From Candidatus Nanopelagicales bacterium (lineage in GTDB: Bacteria; Actinomycetota; Actinomycetes; S36-B12; JAWKJK01): a stretch of 64,000 nt of DNA. Both the position numbers and the translations under genes were made by a program. The notes below the pieces were generated by a model. That model searched no databases. It was given only the letters and a program-made list of their open reading frames with translations, and had not been told where the DNA came from. This document shows positions 37,632 to 45,932 of this stretch, one piece after another. Each line of letters begins with the position of its first letter. The first letter of the stretch is position 1. Location: the NCBI GenBank assembly GCA_041393815.1, contig JAWKJK010000006.1:19002-83001 (forward strand), in the 5' to 3' direction.

Positions 37632-40187
37632 ATGCCGTCGATGGTGGCTGGGCCGGGCTGGGGTGTCGGCGTCCGTCGGGTGGTGGCGGCCGTGTCCGCT
37701 GTCGGGCTGGCTGCTGGGCTGATGGTGGGGACCGCGGGTGCCGCGTCCGCGGCCACGTTCACGGTGACCAACCTGAATGACTCGGGAGCGGGCTCGCTGC
37801 GGCAGGCGATACTCGACGCGAACGGTTCTCCTGGTGCCGACATCATCACGTTCGCAGTGACGGGCACGATCACCTTGAGCAGCGGTGAGTTGTGGGTGCA
37901 GCCCGGGGGGCTCACGATCCAGGGTCCGGGAGCGGGCCAGTTGATCATCGATGGGAACAACGCCACCAGGGTGCTGCTCATCGATGCTGGGAGCACGTCG
38001 GCTCTTGCCGGGGTCACCATCAGACGCGGCAGCACATCGGCCGAGTTCACCCAAGTGGGCGGTGGCATCTTGAACCTGGGCACGTTGTCGGTGACCGACT
38101 CCGTGATCTCCGGCAACTCCGCCGGCGTTGGCGGAGGCATGGCCAACACCGGCACGGCGACGGTGACCGACTCCGTGATCTCGGGAAATCTCGCGTCCAG
38201 TGGCGGAGGCATCAACAACGCCGGCACGGCGACGGTGGTCAACTCCGTGATCTCCGGAAACACCGCCGGCGTTGGCGGAGGCATGGCCAACACCGGCACG
38301 GCGACGGTGACCGACTCCACGATCTCCGCGAACAGCGCAACCAACGCCGGTGGCATCGACAACACCGACACGCTGTCGGTGACCGACTCCACGATCTCCG
38401 GGAATACAGCTGCTCTCGCGGCCGGTGGCATCTGGAACAGAGACCCGGCCAGCACGGCGACGGTGACCGACTCCACGATCTCCGGGAACACCGCCGACAG
38501 TGGCGGAGGCATGACCAACACCGGAACGGCGACGGTGACCGACTCCACGATCTCCGGGAACTCGGCCACCACCGCAGGCGGCGGCGTCTTCAATACCGGA
38601 ACGGCGACGGTGACAGCCTCCACGATCTCCGGGAACTCGGCCACCACCGCAGGCGGCGGCGCCTACAACATCGGCACGGCGATTGTGCGTGGCTCGATCG
38701 TCGCGAACAGCGTGGGTGCGGATTGCTCCGGACCAGTGCTCTGGCTCGGGGTGAACCTGGTCGAGGACGGTTCGTGTTTGCCACCGCCGGGAACGTTGAC
38801 CGGTGATCCAGATCTGTTTGGCTTGGACGACTACGGGGGGCCGACGAAGACTCTGCTGCCGAAGCCGGGCAGTCCTGTCGTTGACGCCGGTGGTCCGACC
38901 TGTGCGACGGCGGCGGATCAGCGGGGTGAGCCGCGTCCGCAGGGGATGGGCTGTGACCTGGGATCGGTGGAAACCCAGCCGGGCCCGTTGGCGTTCACCA
39001 GCGGGGCCTTCGGAGCCACCACGGTCGGGACAGCGGCACCGCTGTCGGTGACGGTGACCAACCCGGACACCGCCGAGACCAAATCGGTGCCGTCGACCAT
39101 CACCGCTACCGGTTCGGGCGTGACCGTGACCGGGGGAACCTGCTCGGTGGGCACCCCGATCCCCGTGGCCGGGGCGTGCACGGTGCTCTTGGCCTGGTCC
39201 CCGACCTCCGCTGGGGCCCTGTCCGGGGCTGCCTTGACCATCGGCTACCCGGTCGGGAACAGCGACACCCTCCCGTTGACCGGCACCGCGACCGCTGTCA
39301 TCCCACCTGTTGCGCTGACCGTGCCGGGCCCACCCACAGGAGTGACCGCCGCGCCGGGTGACGGCAAGGCCACGGTGTCGTGGACCGCGCCTGGATCCAA
39401 CGGCGGGTCGGCGATCACCGGGTACGTGGTCCAGCAGTCCGTCGACGCCGGCACCACCTGGACCGCCGCGGCCGGCTCCCCCGCCGCAGCGACCGCGACC
39501 TCGCTGACCGTGACCGGGCTGACCAACGGCATCAACGTGTCCTTCCGCGTCGCGGCGACCAACGCCGTCGGCCAAGGCCCCTGGTCCGCCCCTTCGGTCC
39601 CTGTGACTCCGGCCTCGGGCGCGGGACCGACGCCTCCGCCCGGCACGGCCACGGTGACGGTCACCTCACCGGCGGCGAGTGGGTCGCAGATCTCCAGCAA
39701 CGGCTACTTCGGGGTCTCCGCCACCAGCACCGGCATCCCCGCCGGCACCACCGCCTACGTCACCCTCAACGGATCCGCCAAGGCCTCCACCACCGTGCAA
39801 GCCGGCGGCGCCATCCGCTTCGACGGCACCCCCATCGGCGGCAACCAGTGGATCCCCGCCGAGACCGGTACCTACGCCGTACGCATCGGCGGCGGCGGCG
39901 GCAGCCCCGTGCTGGCCACCTCCAGCACCTTCACCCTGGTGATCATCCCGTTCGGGCTCAACGGACGGAACGGCAACCGGTACACCGTGCTGCCGGGCAA
40001 CTTCTCCCCCGGCACCACCGTGTACCTGACCCGCAACTCCGCCACCGTGGCCTCGGGCAAGGTCCAGACCAAGGAACAACCCTTCACCATCACCGGCCCC
40101 ACCACACCAGGCACCTACCAGATCTGGGTCGCCTCCAACCAAGGCCGCGTCTACGGCGACCACGCCGGAGTCATCACCATCCGTTAG
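37632..40187 (+). CDS. Secreted right-handed beta-helix repeat protein (CSLREA-like N-terminus / choice-of-anchor-Q-like) with Ig-like, FN3 and C-terminal beta domains
   Basis: Signal peptide ...GTAGAASA. Contains 'TNLNDSGAGSLRQAILDAN'. About 10 rungs of 'GGG(M/I)xNxGTATVTDSxISGN' follow, then 'DDYGGPTKTLLPKPGSPVVDAG...DQRGEPRP...CDLGSVE' and FN3 'PTGVTAAPGDGKATVSWTAPGSNGGSAITGYVV'. Confidence 0.8.
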   Translation: MPSMVAGPGWGVGVRRVVAAVSAVGLAAGLMVGTAGAASAATFTVTNLNDSGAGSLRQAILDANGSPGADIITFAVTGTITLSSGELWVQPGGLTIQGPGAGQLIIDGNNATRVLLIDAGSTSALAGVTIRRGSTSAEFTQVGGGILNLGTLSVTDSVISGNSAGVGGGMANTGTATVTDSVISGNLASSGGGINNAGTATVVNSVISGNTAGVGGGMANTGTATVTDSTISANSATNAGGIDNTDTLSVTDSTISGNTAALAAGGIWNRDPASTATVTDSTISGNTADSGGGMTNTGTATVTDSTISGNSATTAGGGVFNTGTATVTASTISGNSATTAGGGAYNIGTAIVRGSIVANSVGADCSGPVLWLGVNLVEDGSCLPPPGTLTGDPDLFGLDDYGGPTKTLLPKPGSPVVDAGGPTCATAADQRGEPRPQGMGCDLGSVETQPGPLAFTSGAFGATTVGTAAPLSVTVTNPDTAETKSVPSTITATGSGVTVTGGTCSVGTPIPVAGACTVLLAWSPTSAGALSGAALTIGYPVGNSDTLPLTGTATAVIPPVALTVPGPPTGVTAAPGDGKATVSWTAPGSNGGSAITGYVVQQSVDAGTTWTAAAGSPAAATATSLTVTGLTNGINVSFRVAATNAVGQGPWSAPSVPVTPASGAGPTPPPGTATVTVTSPAASGSQISSNGYFGVSATSTGIPAGTTAYVTLNGSAKASTTVQAGGAIRFDGTPIGGNQWIPAETGTYAVRIGGGGGSPVLATSSTFTLVIIPFGLNGRNGNRYTVLPGNFSPGTTVYLTRNSATVASGKVQTKEQPFTITGPTTPGTYQIWVASNQGRVYGDHAGVITIR
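38079..38712 (+). repeat. Tandem ~60-66 bp coding repeats (beta-helix rungs)
   Basis: Recurrent 'ACGGCGACGGTGACCGACTCC(A/G)(C/T)GATCTCCGG(G/A/C)AAC' blocks are visible at ~38157, 38292, 38455, 38527 and 38599. Confidence 0.8.
39342..40181 (+). repeat. Left arm of a ~0.8-kb inverted repeat (3' end of the beta-helix gene)
   Basis: Encodes an FN3 plus C-terminal module nearly identical to the reverse complement of 43027-43836. Protein alignment shows scattered substitutions and one ~10-aa indel (ASGAGPTPPPGT). Confidence 0.85.
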
Positions 40188-40232
40188 ACCAGGTCAGCGC
40201 CAGGACGCGCGTCCCCCAGCCCACTCATGCGA

Positions 40233-40269
40233 ACGGCCCCTGGCTGCGTCGTCGCAGGTCAGGGGCCGT
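40233..40269. terminator. Strong compound hairpin between the beta-helix gene stop and the tRNA-Lys 3' end
   Basis: ACGGCCCCTG (40233-40242) pairs with CAGGGGCCGT (40260-40269). The inner stem is CTGCG-tcgt-CGCAG (40244-40257). Confidence 0.6.
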
Positions 40270-40277
40270 ATCACGGG

Positions 40278-40350
40278 TGCGCCGCCAGGGACTCGAACCC
40301 CGAACCCGCGGATTAAGAGTCCGCTGCTCTGCCAGTTGAGCTAGCGGCGC
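40278..40350 (-). tRNA. tRNA-Lys (anticodon CUU)
   Basis: The reverse complement reads GCGCCGC-TA-GCTC-AACTGGCA-GAGC-A-GCGGA-CTCTTAA-TCCGC-GGGTT-CGGGG-TTCGAGT-CCCTG-GCGGCGC-A, a 73-nt cloverleaf. CCA is not encoded. A TAGATT -10 candidate (complement of 40360-40365) lies 9 nt upstream. Confidence 0.9.
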
Positions 40351-40444
40351 GTGGCGCAGAATCTAGCACCCGGTCGGTGGGACCGGGAAATCGCGCAGAC
40401 GACTACACAGAGCGACCGAACCGCGTCGGCGTTGAGGTGCGGGC

Positions 40445-40591
40445 TCAGTGCACCCGCATCCTCCGCTGCCGCTCGGACTCGAGGATCTCCTCCGAGCGCG
40501 GGCCGGTCGGGTCAGCCAGATCCATGAGGAGCGTCAGCGGGATTCCGCTGCGCAGCAACCTCATGACGTCTACCCCCGAGTTCTGCGCCAT
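40445..40591 (-). CDS. Small hypothetical protein (48 aa) downstream of pxpC
   Basis: ATG 40591 is preceded by GGAGG (8 nt). Sequence: MAQNSGVDVMRLLRSGIPLTLLMDLADPTGPRSEEILESERQRRMRVH. The longer 90-aa track ORF extension lacks an SD. Confidence 0.4.
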   Translation of the reverse strand: MAQNSGVDVMRLLRSGIPLTLLMDLADPTGPRSEEILESERQRRMRVH

Positions 40592-40682
40592 TCTGGTCAC
40601 CTCCGCGGTCACACCCCTCTTGTCGGTCCCGCGCAGGCCCGGTTGGTGGGCCGAAAGGGTGATTCTCGCCACGGGGCTGTGG

Positions 40683-41555
40683 TCAGCGCTGCGTGACCAC
40701 GAGGCGGACCCGGTCACCCGACCGGAGCTGGGCGCAGCGGTCCTGGTCGGCCTCGCGCAGCACGGCTACCACCGGGTAGCCGCCGGTCGTCGGGTGGTCC
40801 GGCCCCATGATCACCGGGGTCCCGTCCGGGGGCACCTGCAGCGCGCCGCGGACCAGCGGTTCCGACGGCAGCTCCCCGGTGACGACCCGCTCCAGGGCGG
40901 GCCCCGTCAGCCGGATGCCGACGCGGTCCGATCGGGTGGACACCTCGTACGTGGCGGCGCCGAGCAGAGCCCGCGCCCCGTCGGTGAACCAGTCCCAGCG
41001 CGGCCCGGGGAGGGCCGCGAGCGGGACCGGCTCGCCGTACGCGGGGACCGGGACGTGGTCCACCGCCGGGACCGGGCCGACCGCGGCGCCGACCGGCAGG
41101 CGGCCGCCGGCCGTCAGCGGCTCCGGTCCGAGGCCGGCCAGGGTGTCCCGGCTGCGCGACCCCAGCACCGGCGGGACGGACAGCCCGCCGCGCACGGCGA
41201 CGTACGCCCGCAGCCCGGACGCGGCCGGGCCCAGGACGAGGACCTGACCGGGCGCGACGGTGAGCGGGGTGCCCCGGTCCACGGCCCGGTCGTCGACGGT
41301 GAGCGCTCCGCGGCACCCGGTCACCGCGACCGTCACCGGGGCGTCCACCGCCCGGACAGCGAGACCGCCGAGCAGGCACTCCAGCCCGGCGGCACCCTCA
41401 GGGTTGCCGACCAGCCGGTTGGCCAGCCGCAGCGCGGCCCGGTCGTACGCCCCGGACGCGGTCACGGCCAGCCTCCCCAGGCCCGGCCGGCCCAGGTCCT
41501 GCACCGTGGTCAGCGGTCCGGCCGAGACCACCTCCAGCGCCGCGCGCGCGGTCAC
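40683..41555 (-). CDS. pxpC: 5-oxoprolinase subunit PxpC (KipA / allophanate hydrolase subunit 2 family)
   Basis: 'LEVVSAGPLTTVQDLGRPG...GVTASGAYD', plus operon context with pxpA and pxpB and a 4-nt overlap. Confidence 0.85.
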   Translation of the reverse strand: MTARAALEVVSAGPLTTVQDLGRPGLGRLAVTASGAYDRAALRLANRLVGNPEGAAGLECLLGGLAVRAVDAPVTVAVTGCRGALTVDDRAVDRGTPLTVAPGQVLVLGPAASGLRAYVAVRGGLSVPPVLGSRSRDTLAGLGPEPLTAGGRLPVGAAVGPVPAVDHVPVPAYGEPVPLAALPGPRWDWFTDGARALLGAATYEVSTRSDRVGIRLTGPALERVVTGELPSEPLVRGALQVPPDGTPVIMGPDHPTTGGYPVVAVLREADQDRCAQLRSGDRVRLVVTQR

Positions 41556-42178
41556 CCGTCGTCCCGGGGCACGAACCGCACCCTCGTCCCCGGCTCCAGG
41601 ACCGCGGGGCGCCGTCGCCGCTCGTCGAACAGGGCCACCGTCGTGGTGCCCAGCAGCCGCCAGCCCCCCGGGGACTCGCGCGGGTAGACCGCGGCGTACG
41701 TCGACGCGATCGCCACGGCGCCGCGGGGCACCCGGGTGCGCGGGGTGGGCAGCCTCGGTACGTGCAGCGCCGGGTCGAGTCCGGTCAGGTACGCGAACCC
41801 GGGCGCGAAGCCGCAGAAGGCCACCTCGTACTCGACGGCGGTGTGCGCTTGCACCACCTCGGTCGGCGTGAGCCGGGAGAGCCGGGCCACCTCGGTGAGG
41901 TCCGGGCCGTCGTAGGCCACCTCGATCTCGACCAGGTGGCGCACGGCCTGCGCGCGGGGTAGCGGTCTCAACCCGGCCAGCGCACCCGCGACCGCGTCCA
42001 CCGAGGCCCGGCGTCGGTCGACGCGGACCAGGACGGTACGCGCGCCCGGGACCGACTCCACGACCCCGGCCAGCAGCCCCGACCCGACGGCGTCCTCGAG
42101 CGCGCGGACCAGGTCATGGACGTCCTCGTCGGTCTCCAGCAGCACCGCGGACTCGCCGTACGGGAGCACCCGGGTCAT
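41552..42178 (-). CDS. pxpB: 5-oxoprolinase subunit PxpB (KipI / allophanate hydrolase subunit 1 family)
   Basis: ATG 42178 overlaps the pxpA stop (ATGA). Contains 'VLPYGESAVLLE...', 'FCGFAPGFAYL' and 'RTRVPRGAVAIA'. The 464-aa track ORF is an out-of-context extension over pxpA. Confidence 0.85.
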   Translation of the reverse strand: MTRVLPYGESAVLLETDEDVHDLVRALEDAVGSGLLAGVVESVPGARTVLVRVDRRRASVDAVAGALAGLRPLPRAQAVRHLVEIEVAYDGPDLTEVARLSRLTPTEVVQAHTAVEYEVAFCGFAPGFAYLTGLDPALHVPRLPTPRTRVPRGAVAIASTYAAVYPRESPGGWRLLGTTTVALFDERRRRPAVLEPGTRVRFVPRDDG

Positions 42179-42954
42179 GGCCGCCGCGCAGGGGGAGGGG
42201 CGAACGCCTCCAGGGCGACACCGGCAGCGGTCAGGGCGGTATGGATCGCCCGGGCCAGGTCGACGGCCCCCGGGGTGTCCCCGTGCAGGCACACGCTGCG
42301 GGCGTCCACGCGCACGTCGGCGCCGTCGACCGTGCGGACGGCGCGCTCGGAGGTGAGCCGCAGCACCCGCAGGACCACTTCGTGCCGATCGGTGACGACG
42401 GAGGCGTGGTGGGTGCGCGGCAGCAGTCGGCCCTCGCGGGTGTAGGCGCGGTCGGCGAAGGCCTCGCCCACCGCGTGCATGCCGCGCTCCCGGGCGGCGG
42501 CCGCGAGCGCCGAGCCGGGCAGGGTCAGGAGGGGCAGCCGCTCGTCGTACGCGGCCACGGAGGCGACCACGGCGGCGGCGACCCGGTGCTCGGTGGCGGC
42601 GGCGTGGTAGAGCGCTCCGTGCGGCTTCACGTACGTGACCGCCGTGCCGGCGGCGCGGGCGTGCTCGTCGAGGGCGGCGAGCTGGTCGGTCAGCTGCGCG
42701 ATCAGCGTCGCCGCCGAGACGTCGACGTGGCGCCGACCGAATCCCTCGCGGTCGACGTACGAGACCTGGGCGCCGACCGCGACACCGGACTCGGCGGCGG
42801 CGACGCAGACCCGACGCATCGACACGGCGTCGCCGGCGTGGCCGCCGCACGCGACGTTGGCACTGGTGACCACGGTCAGCAGCGCGGCATCCACCTCGGC
42901 GCCGAGGGATCCCTCGAGCTCGCCGAGGTCGGCGTTGAGGTCCCACACGGCCAC
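42175..42954 (-). CDS. pxpA: 5-oxoprolinase subunit PxpA (LamB/YcsF family)
   Basis: 'DLNADLGE', 'NVACGGHAGD' and 'VKPHGALY' are LamB/YcsF signatures. Confidence 0.9.
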   Translation of the reverse strand: MAVWDLNADLGELEGSLGAEVDAALLTVVTSANVACGGHAGDAVSMRRVCVAAAESGVAVGAQVSYVDREGFGRRHVDVSAATLIAQLTDQLAALDEHARAAGTAVTYVKPHGALYHAAATEHRVAAAVVASVAAYDERLPLLTLPGSALAAAARERGMHAVGEAFADRAYTREGRLLPRTHHASVVTDRHEVVLRVLRLTSERAVRTVDGADVRVDARSVCLHGDTPGAVDLARAIHTALTAAGVALEAFAPPPARRP

Positions 42955-43020
42955 GGTCCGACCGTACCCCGCGTGGGGACGGCCGGACCGTGGCCGATCA
43001 GCTCGCCGGCTGCGCTGTTG

Positions 43021-44973
43021 TCAGGGGATGGTGATGACGCCGGCGTGGTCGCCGTAGACGCGGCCTTGGTTGGAGGCGACCCAGATCTGGTAGGTGCCTG
43101 GTGTGGTGGGGCCGGTGATGGTGAAGGGCTGTTCCTTGGTCTGGACCTTTCCGGAGGCGACGGTGGCGGAGTTGCGGGTCAGGTACACGGTGGTGCCGGG
43201 GGAGAAGTTGCCCGGCAGCACGGTGTACTTGTTGCCGCTGCGGCCGTTGAGGCCGAACGGGATGATCACCAGGGTGAAGGTGCTGGAGGTCGCCAGCACG
43301 GGGCTGCTGCCGCCGCCGATGCGCACGGCGTAGGTGCCGGTCTCGGCGGGGATCCACTGGTTGCCGCCGATGGCTGTGCCGTCGAAGCGGATGGCGCCGC
43401 TGGCTTGCACGGTGGTGGAGGCCTTGGCGGATCCGTTGAGGGTGACGTAGGCGGTGGTGCCGGCGGGGATGCCGGTGCTGACCGCGGAGACCCCGAAGTA
43501 GCCGTTGCTGGAGATCTGCGACCCGCTGGCCGCCGGTGAGGTGACGGTCACGGTGGCGCCGGCGCCGGGGGTGACCGGGACCGAGGGGGTGGAGTACGGG
43601 CCCTGCCCGACGGCGTTGGTCGCCGCGACGCGGAAGGACACGTTGATGCCGTTGGTCAGGCCGGTGACCTCCAGGGAGGTCGCGGTCGGACCGGCGGGGG
43701 AGCCGGCCGCGGGGGTCCAGGTGGTGCCGGCGTCGACGGACTGCTGGACCACGTACCCGGTGATCGCCGACCCGCCGTCGGATCCAGGCGCGGTCCACGA
43801 CACGGTGGCCTTGCCGTCACCCGGCGCGGCGGTCACCCCCGTCGGCGCACCGGGCACCGACGCGGGGATCGAGCAGGTGAAGCCGGCCGGGACCGTGTCG
43901 TAGTACTGGATCACACCGTCCGCCCACTGGTCCCAGCCGTAGGCGATCGGGTGGTACCAGGTCGACACCTCGTAGCCGGAGGTGAAGGGCTTGACGAACC
44001 AGGCGTTGCTGTTGTCGGCCCCGGAATTCGCGTTGAGTTCGTGGCCTGCGAAGACCTCCCGTGCCACGTCGCTGTAGTACGTACGGGGGGTGCACCAACC
44101 GCCGTTCATCGCTGCGATGACCTGACGCTGAACTTCGCTGCCAGCGTCCCCGAGTTGCCTCACTGCGGCGTTCGCGTTGTAGGTGCCAAGCATGAGCGGC
44201 ACGTTTGGGGCCAAGTACGGGTAGCCCTCGTAGATCAGGACGGCGTCCGGGCGCATCCTGGCCCGCACCGCCCGAAGCGTGTCCAGAACCGCGGTCTTCA
44301 ACGCGGGGAGCTTGCTCTGTGCGGCGTTCACCGCGTTCTCGCAGTTAGTTGCGCTTTGGAAGACGAAGCACCACTCCACGATTGTGCTGAAGCCGATGTC
44401 GTTGCCGCCGATCGTCAGCAGGACCACATCGGCGGTGGTGTCCACAGCGTCGATCTGCGGCTCCATGTAGGGGCTGCACAGGATGGTCCCGGTGGCTTCC
44501 CGGGTGGTGGAGTTGAAGTCGAACGACTGCGCGCTGTAGCTGTATCTCTCGTCGGGCAGGCTCGGCGTCGGGCAGACGTCGTTCTGCTCCGCGAGGGCGA
44601 CATAGTCCGCCTCGGTGAAGGTGCCGGAACCCGGGATGGTCTGGTTGAAGGGCACCTGCGGCTTGGTGATGTCCACTCCGGACAGCACATACGTGCCGGT
44701 GATGTTGGCGGTCACCGCCCCGCTGCAGGCCCGGTTCACGTAGGTCGCGCCCTGGGACGCGGCGAACTGGCCGCCCCAGTTCATCGGGCTGCGGAAGCAG
44801 TCGTTGTTCGCCGGGACGTAGTCCTGGGTGCCGTTGCCCGCGGAGTAGGAGTCGCCGAGTTGGACCACCTTCTGCACCGGCGGCCCGGCGGCGGCCGGTC
44901 CGGCGCTGGCAACGACGGCGGGCGCACTGACCGCGACCAGGAGGGTGGCGAGCAGGGCCATGCGTGTTCTCAC
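43021..44973 (-). CDS. Secreted SGNH/GDSL hydrolase with FN3 and the same C-terminal beta module as the beta-helix protein
   Basis: GTG 44973 (or ATG 44961) gives the signal peptide RTRMALLATLLVAVSAPAVVASA. Block I 'LGDSYSAGNG' and block III 'IGGNDIGF'. The C-terminal ~270 aa are nearly identical to those of the 37632-40187 product. A hand-counted GC sample (44341-44400) is ~53%. Confidence 0.8.
   Translation of the reverse strand: MRTRMALLATLLVAVSAPAVVASAGPAAAGPPVQKVVQLGDSYSAGNGTQDYVPANNDCFRSPMNWGGQFAASQGATYVNRACSGAVTANITGTYVLSGVDITKPQVPFNQTIPGSGTFTEADYVALAEQNDVCPTPSLPDERYSYSAQSFDFNSTTREATGTILCSPYMEPQIDAVDTTADVVLLTIGGNDIGFSTIVEWCFVFQSATNCENAVNAAQSKLPALKTAVLDTLRAVRARMRPDAVLIYEGYPYLAPNVPLMLGTYNANAAVRQLGDAGSEVQRQVIAAMNGGWCTPRTYYSDVAREVFAGHELNANSGADNSNAWFVKPFTSGYEVSTWYHPIAYGWDQWADGVIQYYDTVPAGFTCSIPASVPGAPTGVTAAPGDGKATVSWTAPGSDGGSAITGYVVQQSVDAGTTWTPAAGSPAGPTATSLEVTGLTNGINVSFRVAATNAVGQGPYSTPSVPVTPGAGATVTVTSPAASGSQISSNGYFGVSAVSTGIPAGTTAYVTLNGSAKASTTVQASGAIRFDGTAIGGNQWIPAETGTYAVRIGGGSSPVLATSSTFTLVIIPFGLNGRSGNKYTVLPGNFSPGTTVYLTRNSATVASGKVQTKEQPFTITGPTTPGTYQIWVASNQGRVYGDHAGVITIP
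43027..43836 (-). repeat. Right arm of the ~0.8-kb inverted repeat (3' end of the SGNH hydrolase gene)
   Basis: Its reverse complement matches 39342-40181. Identity stops at the last sense codon (ATC ACC ATC then CCC TGA vs CGT TAG). Confidence 0.85.
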
Positions 44974-45172
44974 GGGAGAGACTCCGAGGGGATGCAGGAT
45001 TTTGTCGACCCCCGCCACCCCGCCGTGGAGGAGCAACCGCCGGGCGCCGCCCCACCCGGTCGATGAGGCGCGCCGAACGTAACACGCCCCCGCCGCGTGG
45101 GCCGGGGAGCGCCTCGCGGGTGAACGATGGTGACCGGGCCGCCGCAGAGCAGACAGAAGGGGACGTGCACCG

Positions 45173-45910
45173 ATGGAGCTGACCCGGGTGCGTCGGGATG
45201 CGCGCGACTGGCCGCAGGACCAGCTCGAGGCCCTGTTCCGTGACGGCTTCCCCCCGTTCATCGTCGCGGATGTCGACGCCGAGCGGATGCTGCCGGAGAT
45301 CGGGGAGTCCTTCGCCGACCTTGACGTCTTCCTGCTCGACGGCGACGGGGTCGTCGTTGCCGGCGGGTGGGGAGTCGCGCTGGGGTGGGACGAGAGCGTC
45401 GAGGACCTGCCGACCGGCTACACCGACAGCCTGCGCCGGGCGCTGCGCGACCGCGCGGACGGGCGCGCACCCGACACCTTCGTGCTGTGCGCCGGCATCG
45501 TGCGCCCGGACCGGCACGGACGCGGACTCGCGGCCGACCTGGTCACCTCGTTGTGCGACCTGGCGGAGGAGCGGGGCCTGGCCCAGGTGATCGCGCCCGT
45601 GCGCCCCACCCTCAAGCCGCGCTACCCGCTTACGCCGATCGACGAGTACGTCACCTGGACCCGGGAGGACGGGTCACCGCTGGACCCCTGGCTCCGCACC
45701 CACCTGCGGATCGGGGGCCGGATCCTCGCCACCGCACCACGTTCGCAGGTCATGACCGGGACCGTCGCTCAGTGGGAGGGGTGGTGCTCGATGGCGTTTC
45801 CCGCCAGCGGCGACTACGTGATCCCCGACGGCCTGAGCGTGCTCACGGTCGACCGTGACCAGGACCTCGGCACGTACGTGGAGCCCAACGTCTGGGTGCG
45901 GCACCGCTGA
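45173..45910 (+). CDS. Putative GNAT-like N-acetyltransferase
   Basis: 245 aa. The 'GIVRPDRHGRGLAADLV' stretch resembles GNAT motif A (Q/RxxGxG/A). Otherwise weakly recognisable. Confidence 0.5.
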   Translation: MELTRVRRDARDWPQDQLEALFRDGFPPFIVADVDAERMLPEIGESFADLDVFLLDGDGVVVAGGWGVALGWDESVEDLPTGYTDSLRRALRDRADGRAPDTFVLCAGIVRPDRHGRGLAADLVTSLCDLAEERGLAQVIAPVRPTLKPRYPLTPIDEYVTWTREDGSPLDPWLRTHLRIGGRILATAPRSQVMTGTVAQWEGWCSMAFPASGDYVIPDGLSVLTVDRDQDLGTYVEPNVWVRHR

Positions 45911-45932
45911 CGCGGTCGGCCCTCTGGACGAC

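Larger units (their letters stand above)
37302..40350. mobile_element. Candidate integrase-less genomic islet at the tRNA-Lys 3' end, bounded by a 56-bp direct repeat
   Basis: The direct repeat 37302-37357 / 40273-40328 has 2 mismatches, and degenerate similarity extends ~20 nt further left. The geometry (intact tRNA at one end, displaced 3' fragment at the other) is that of tRNA-targeted integration. The only cargo is one secreted protein gene. A local 60-nt sample (37381-37440) is ~55% GC by hand count. Confidence 0.45.

Noticed and set aside
35834-38647. 937-aa minus-strand ORF, and the 742-aa plus-strand ORF 35116-37344
   Set aside because: Both overlap the zinc-ribbon membrane gene and the beta-helix gene out of frame or antisense. 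The 937-aa ORF's apparent 'AVFPEIVESVTVAVPVL' repeats are just the reverse-frame image of the beta-helix rung repeats.
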